From the human T2T-CHM13v2.0 reference genome, Homo sapiens: a stretch of 64,000 nt of DNA. Below, piece after piece: positions 57,326-64,000 of the stretch. Under the pieces are notes generated by a model, which did no database searches, had not been told where the DNA came from, and worked only from the letters and a program-made list of their open reading frames with translations. A program made the position numbers and the translations under genes. The first letter of the stretch is position 1; every line of letters starts with the position of its first letter. The stretch lies in assembly GCF_009914755.1 (NCBI RefSeq), contig NC_060926.1; one strand, 5' to 3'.

Positions 57326-59542
57326 TATTAAAATGCATTCTTATTTCCATTATTTTTTACATAAACAATATATCAAGGAGATCCTTCCACATAAGTGCAT
57401 AGAAAGTGTCCTTGTTCTGTTTTAAATTATTGTGTTGTAAGGCTGAATCATAGTATATTTAACTAATCTCTATTTATGGACCCTGGGGTTATTTCTAATC
57501 TTTTGCTCTTACAACCTGTGGCGTCATAACTAACTTTGTACATATGTCATCTCATAAGAATGTATATCTGTGGATTCCCAGAAATGGATTTGCAAGGTCA
57601 AAGAGTAATTGCATGTGTACTTTTGACGAATATTACCAAAATACTTTCCCAAAGGCCTGTACCATTTTGCATTTCCATGAACAGAGTAGAAGTGTGCCTG
57701 TCTACCCACAGCTAGAGTTAGCCCTTGCTGGAGATCTGTCTTCCCAGGTTATAGTCTTCTTGGACTAAGATTAAATTCTTTCATCTCTTGAATACATACT
57801 TGGGGGCATTAGTCCTGAGGCATGCTGGGTGACATGGAAAACCAGCATTGACTCAAGAACTTGGCATGGCTAGAGCTCAATGTATAGTCCAGAGTATCAG
57901 TGTCTGTCACCCCAGATTAGCTCTTTCTTGCACTTCTCTTTGAGAGGCTGTTTCTTAGAATAGCCTTGAATGTTGGGCAATCAGGTGATCAATTCTAATT
58001 TTATCCTCAAAGTAATCCTGGAGAAGTGAGGGGGCAGATATGACTTCCGCTTGACAGATGAAGAAGCTGAGGCACAGAGGGAAGAGATAGCACCCTCTTA
58101 CTACCCTCTTCTCTTCTGAGATGAGCCCCAGTTGTAAGATTGGGGTCTTGATGAACTGGAGAGCATTTTGAGAGGGCAACACTTTGAGGTGGGGTTGCCT
58201 CCTGCTGGGGAGGTGCAGATCATTCAGAGGGAGTAGAGAGCAGCACATTGAAGGCCTCTCCAGGCTCCAGGCTTTAGATAGAAGAAAGAAACAATCTTTA
58301 GTTCAACTTTGATCCCTAGTTTACTTGTGTTCTTGATGTTCCTTTGGGCCAGGGGCTGGACCTCATTCATCTTCGTACCTGGAACCTCTAGGATTAGCAG
58401 GGCCAGGGCAGCAGTACAAACAGAGGATCCCAGCCCCCAGTCTTCCCCCTTCTCTTCCTGGCCCTGGCTCCATCTTGCATCTCAAAAAGCCCTGTGCACT
58501 GGCCTCAGCCACCCCTCAGGCCTGGGAGTTCACTCACAGGCAGCAAGGTCCCCTCTCCAGACCCAGAGAAGATGCTTGTCCAGGCCCTGGAATCAGGATC
58601 AGGACTGTTTGGATAGGAAATTCCAGGGTCCCAGGTACCTGCAAGATGGCCCAGAAGGAAGTTTGGACTCCAGATGGGCACATCCCTTAGGGACCATAGA
58701 TTTCCCCAAAGAAGAACCCTCTAAAACATAGGTCCTAGGTCTAAGAGTGATGCTATGGGAAATAATCCAGTTAAATCATGAATTCAAAGGGACTAGACAA
58801 AGCTGGAAAATCCAGGTATGAAAAAGCTAGATGCAAGTCAGAGAAATCTGTTCATAAGAAGGTTTTAAATGGGGAGAAAGGAAGCAGAGGTTGTAGGAGC
58901 CACATAAGCAAGAAAATATAAGTATGATACATATTATGGGATGGGATGGGATGGAGCTGTCATAGAGTTGGGGTACATTGTCTTATAGATGTTCATGGAG
59001 CTGGCTGTAAGTGGGAGCTATCCTTTTCCAGACAGCAATTCTTGTCTTCTGTCCTCTGCTTAGAAGGCAGAGGTATCTGTAAACTCAGTCACAAAAGTCC
59101 TTCCCAGCCTGGTTGTCAGGCCATTTTACTCCACCCAGATTCAGGGGGCCCTGCCTCAAAGGATATCTCGTTAGGTTTGTTGAAACAGAACCTTAGCACA
59201 AAGGCCCTACTGCAATACGAGTCATGCCAAATCCATATCCACTGAGAGGTTCCTTACAAATATAACTAAGTACAAATACCTCCAAGAAAGTCATGCCATG
59301 GTGAGTTTTCCTTTGACTATCAGTCCTTCCCACTTGAGAACGTATTCAATTTCTTCTCTTCTCTCAGGTATCCTAAAACATCCCTGTTGTTATTTCCACT
59401 TCAGAGGGTCAGGGCCCCCAACAGCAAACCAATGCCCAATTAATAAGCAGCAGTAGTACCAGGTTTCATGGTATTTGGTCAAATCTGCATAAGCTCCATT
59501 TTGCTTTCTTACAGAATCACAGACTCCTGAAGTTTGAGGGAA

Positions 59543-59688
59543 TTTTTTTTTTCTTTTTTTTCTTTTTGTAGAGACGGTGTCTCACCATGTTGCCCAGCCT
59601 AGTCCCAAACTCCTGGCCTCATGTGATCCTCTCGCCTTGGCCTCCCCAAAGTGTTGGGACTACAGGTGTGAACCACTGTGCCCTGTCT
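59543..59688 (-). mobile_element. Alu monomer (FLAM-like)
   Basis: Poly-T plus left arm. Confidence 0.78.
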
Positions 59689-60019
59689 TATTGAGGGAGT
59701 TTAAAGCCTGGTGCTTGAATGCTGTCAATAACTGAGGTAACTTACAAGGTACCCAAGTTTACCTTTGAGCTACTCTGACTTCCAAAGGGTCTTCTTTAGG
59801 TTCAGCTGAAATCTGTCTTTTCCAATTTTCCAATCATTAGTCCTCATGTCACCCCTTGGGGTACACACAGAATATCTCCAGCACCTTTCCCAGCTGACCC
59901 AGACTATGGCCCACTTTACTACCATAATCCATCTGAGTCACCTCTGTGGATCAGATACCTCCTAGGTTTTCAGCCATTCTCCACATGACATGGCTTCAGG
60001 AACTATCCCCTACACCCAC

Positions 60020-60600
60020 ATGCTGAGTTTGCAATGCCTCAGGGGGACCTCCAAGTGAAGATGCCACATAGGCTGTTGGATAAATAATCTGACATTCAGA
60101 GGGAGGACTAAGATAATGGATATAGATTTGAGAATCATTAGCTCATGTTGGGGGTGGTTGAAGGTAGTTGAGGTCACCTATGGAAACTGTAAGATTAAGA
60201 GAGGATGGAACCTGGGGGAAGATAGATTGTTCAAGGGTAGGTGGAGGAAGATGGAGGAGCATACAAGAGACATGGAGAAGGAGCGGTTGGAGAGGCAGGG
60301 GAATGACCAAGAGAGTGTTACCATAGAAACTCAGGGAGGAGGGTGTTCAAAATAGGGATAGCAGTGATGTCTAATATAGCAGAGGCCCAGGCATTTGTCA
60401 GCTTCTCAGAAGAAGTGAGAATGAGAACTAGAGAACATAGGGCTGAGGAGAGAATGGGAGGGCAGAAGTGGAGGCAGGGAGTGAAGACAACTTTTTGAGC
60501 TGCTAGCTGGGAAGGGGAGTCAAAGGAGTGCCATTTGTGATTAGGGTGGGAGAGACCCGAGCTTGTTTCAATGCTAATGGAAAGAGCCAGGAGGAGGATG
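60020..60600 (-). mobile_element. L2 fragments
   Basis: Purine-rich antisense L2 motifs (CCAAGTGAAGATGCC..AGGCTGTTGGAT, ATAGATTTGAGAATCATTAGC). Confidence 0.5.
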
Positions 60601-61169
60601 AGGTGGAAGATATGAGGAGAGTGGGTGGAAGATATGCGGAGAATGGGAAGAACACCACGGCTGACATGGTCTTGAGGAAGAGCGTTGGGGGCATGAAAGG
60701 ACAGTGGAGGGAATTATTCTTAAATAATCTGCAGAAAGGACAGATAATTCACAGAGGGGGAGGAAAGGCAATGTGGATGGGCTTCAGAGCAGACATCTCT
60801 GAAAGAATGTAGGGGTAGGGTAGAGGGCAAGATGTCTAGTTTTGCCTTGACGTAGTAGATGAGGTCATCTGTTGCCAGTAAAGGGAGCAATGGTAGAGTA
60901 AGGGTCTGAGAATAAATGCCACATGTGGGAATAGGTTCCCCTGCTCCTCACTAAATGATATGTCTCCTGCCTGACCCTGAGTAGCACCATGGCTCCTGCT
61001 GCCCCCTACCCCATCCATGGCATTGGATCCAACCATTGGCCTGAATGGGACCTCAGTTTATTATCTTCAGCCTCGCAGGCTAGATTGCTGATTAATACTC
61101 TTGTTGTCCAAACTCTTCTCTTAGATAAGGCAGAGCCTGGGGGTGTGGGAGGGATTCTTCCAAGTGCTT

Positions 61170-61340
61170 TAGAAAAATCATTTATTCCTCAAGCAATCAT
61201 ACAAAGTAGGCACTAGTGTTATCTCCATAAAAAAACTGAGGCACAGAGAGGGTAAGTAACTTGCTCAAGGTCATTCAGTTGGAAGAGCAGAGCTAGGATT
61301 CAAATCTCAGGCACTGGTTCCAGAGACCATGTTCTTAACT
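61170..61340 (-). mobile_element. MIR
   Basis: AAACTGAGGCACAGAGAGGGTAAGTAACTTGCTCAAGGTCA. Confidence 0.7.
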
Positions 61341-64000
61341 TTCTTTAGTAAAAGAAAGTGAAGGTAACATGCAGAACAAAGGACAGAAGGAAGGTGAAGA
61401 GACAGTTCTAATGGTGTTTCAGTTCCTGGTTCTTGTGCTTGAGGTCTCTGGAGAATTCCTGGTTCCTGCTTTCTTGAGGCTTAATTCTTCAGTTATTCAT
61501 TTGATGCTGTGAGATACCCCAGTGTCATTCTAGTAAAACATGAAATTGGAGAGATTCAGCTGGAGGTTCTGATGCATTCCTGGGACACTTAGCCTTCAGT
61601 AGCCCCTGATATTTGGGGATCTCTGATGGGTGGGGTATGGCTTAGCCAGAGGGGAATGTGTAGCACCCAGCTGCCTTGCTTGTGGGAGAGGATGGGGCTG
61701 TTGAGGTTACTGAGCTGGAACGGGCATGGAGGTCTCCATTGTTCTGACCTTGCCTTTCCTGGATTGCCCCACATTCCATCCTATTGAGGTGATCACTGGT
61801 TCACTGGCAGAGATGGGACACTGTTTATCAGTTCCTTCTGGGTTTCCCTTCCTTCCTTACCCAGCCTGGGACCCACTAGCTTTTTCAGCTACATTCTCAT
61901 CAATGAATCCCACCTTTCTCTCCCTGCGCACCTGTCAGTGTCAGGCCATCTCCCAGTCCTGAATCAGCCCTACCATTTATTTTCTCTAGTCGAACTCAGC
62001 TATAGAAAATTCCACAGCCAGGTTGAGTGGTTCCAGAACAAATTTATGACTTCCAACCTCAGCTGTGTTCACAATGCTGCTAAAAAAATCTTTTCATTCA
62101 GTCAGTACTTTTCAGATACCCCAAGTCCATTGCTCTGAGCTCTCGCCATGCTCCGTGAGTCCCTCCCCCAACCTCAGCACCTCTCGTTGTTTGTAGCCTC
62201 TATCTTCACAGCTGGGGGCAGGGGTGAGATGCATATTGACTGAGTAGTTGGTGAAGTGGTACATGCTGTGCCTAGAGTATGAAAAGAAATGAAATTGGAG
62301 GATTCTCACATCACACTATGAAATCTTTGTCACTTGTTTCAGTTTAGAGATATGCAAAGTCACTGAAAAGAAGCAAGTTGGATCCCAGGTCTGGAGTATG
62401 GCTTTAACCTGTCTAAAAAGAATGTGTCTATTTACAAGGGTCTTGGGCAGCCTGGAAGCCCAGGAAAAAGGTAATCCCAGAGGTCAACCATTCCAGCCGT
62501 TGAGCAATTGCAATTGATCACACATACACTCATGGAGTTCCAGTGGGACCCCGATGAGAAGGGCATTGTGGTAAACTTGAGCTTCATAATGCTGCAGCTG
62601 CAGCAATTTGGGGAACACTGAGATCTCTCCATGGCTCTTCCGAGCCTCTCAAAAACATTTAACACAATCATCAGGATTAGGGACCTGACAGCCAAGAGGT
62701 AAGTTTGGCAGCCCTGAGGCATTTGCTTTTAACAAGCTCCCATGATGATGTCAACTCCCCAATTTATATCTCTAGCCCTCTTGCTTGAACTTCAGACTAT
62801 TGACAACTGTTTACAGAACATCTGCTCTTGAGTGTTGAAGTGACATCTCAAATTCAAGATGACCAAAACTTAACTCCTTCCTCTGCCCTGAAACCTGTTC
62901 TATCTGCAGTCATCTCCATTCAGTTCATGTTTATGATACAGCTAAAATTGCTCATCAGCATCTAATGAAGCAACGAAGCAACTTTGTCAATCAGACATTG
63001 TTGTTTTACTTTCTTTTTCTTCCATAAACTTACTCTATGGTAGTTCTTTTGTTAGTATGGACTTTGAACTCTTCCTGGGCATCTCCAGACCTGGTCTCTC
63101 ATCAAAAGGCTGATCTCATCTAATTAGGGCCTGAGGACTGCAAGGGAGGGAAGATCAAGGGGAATCCTAGAAACCTGGATTCCGTTCAGGCAGGAAAGCA
63201 GATTGATGATCAATGGCCTGGGTCCATGCCACTTACTGCTTGTGAGACTAGGAAAGTTATTTACTTTCCAGACGATTCATAGATCAACCTAGGGGAGGGG
63301 GTGTTGATTAAATGAGAATATGTATAGTCACTGATGCATAGTAAAAGCTCAGTTAACTACTGGTAGTAATGCTTTATCTTAGGATATTCTGAGCTAGAAA
63401 TAAAGTAAAAAATGAAATTGATTTGGGAGCCTAAAGAAATTATCCTGAAATGCATAAAGAGAAACATGTAAAATACTCATTGAAAAGCTGAAATGGAAAA
63501 TGGTCATTTTCCCATAGATATTGGTGGTTCACTTCATAAATCTTTCTGAATTAATCCTTTAATTCAGTATGTATTTATTGAGCATTTACTATATGTTAGG
63601 CTGTTAGGCACTGCTCTAAATGCTGAAGAAAAATCCGTGAGCAAAACAGGTGAAAATCCCTACATTTCTGAAGCTAACCTTCTATTGGGGGTCATATATT
63701 GAACAAAATAAATAATACTACGGGTTGGAGGAAAGGAGATGATTCATTTGGAGTTTTTAAGTAGAGTGATCTGGGACCTAACGTCATCTTCTGAGCTGGG
63801 GGAAGATACAAAAAAATCTTAAAATATAGTCCCAGCCCTCCAGAAATGCACATTTTGGTTAAGGAAATAAGACAGGATTCACATGCCAATTTTGGTGATA
63901 GAACAAACAAGGCATTATTATGTACATGGAGACAAGCAATGTTCTAAAAGGTCAGAGAAGCTGGGGAGCAGGAAGGGATGCAGCCCAAGGACTTGTTGGC

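Overview
Human-like (primate, Alu-rich) genomic DNA matching the M1AP/SEMA4F locus. The 5' end of M1AP (meiosis 1 associated protein) is on the minus strand: first coding exon CDS 847->608, with a CpG-island promoter and non-coding exon 1 near 8.5-9.0 kb. The complete SEMA4F gene is on the plus strand: 14 coding exons, 14950-40782, which I spliced by hand to 2313 nt = 770 aa + stop (signal peptide, Sema, PSI, Ig, TM, C-terminal ETSI). A long 3'UTR follows, with poly(A) signals out to ~44.4 kb. The last ~20 kb is gene-free and repeat-rich. The most unusual structure is an ~890-bp insert in M1AP intron 1 (5541-6432) that looks like an L1-retrotransposed copy of a chimeric non-coding RNA. It starts in the R region of an LTR12, reads through a 43-nt unique linker into a MER41-like LTR, ends in a poly(A) tail and has 14-nt target-site duplications. 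Also notable: short locally copied segments (pieces of SEMA4F exons 12 and 14 inside intron 12, a diverged 3'UTR duplication, a 58-bp insert in an MLT1) and a young AluYg6-type element just upstream of the SEMA4F promoter. Repeat family names come from recalled consensus sequences, not from a database search, and repeat boundaries are approximate. I found no new multi-gene system.
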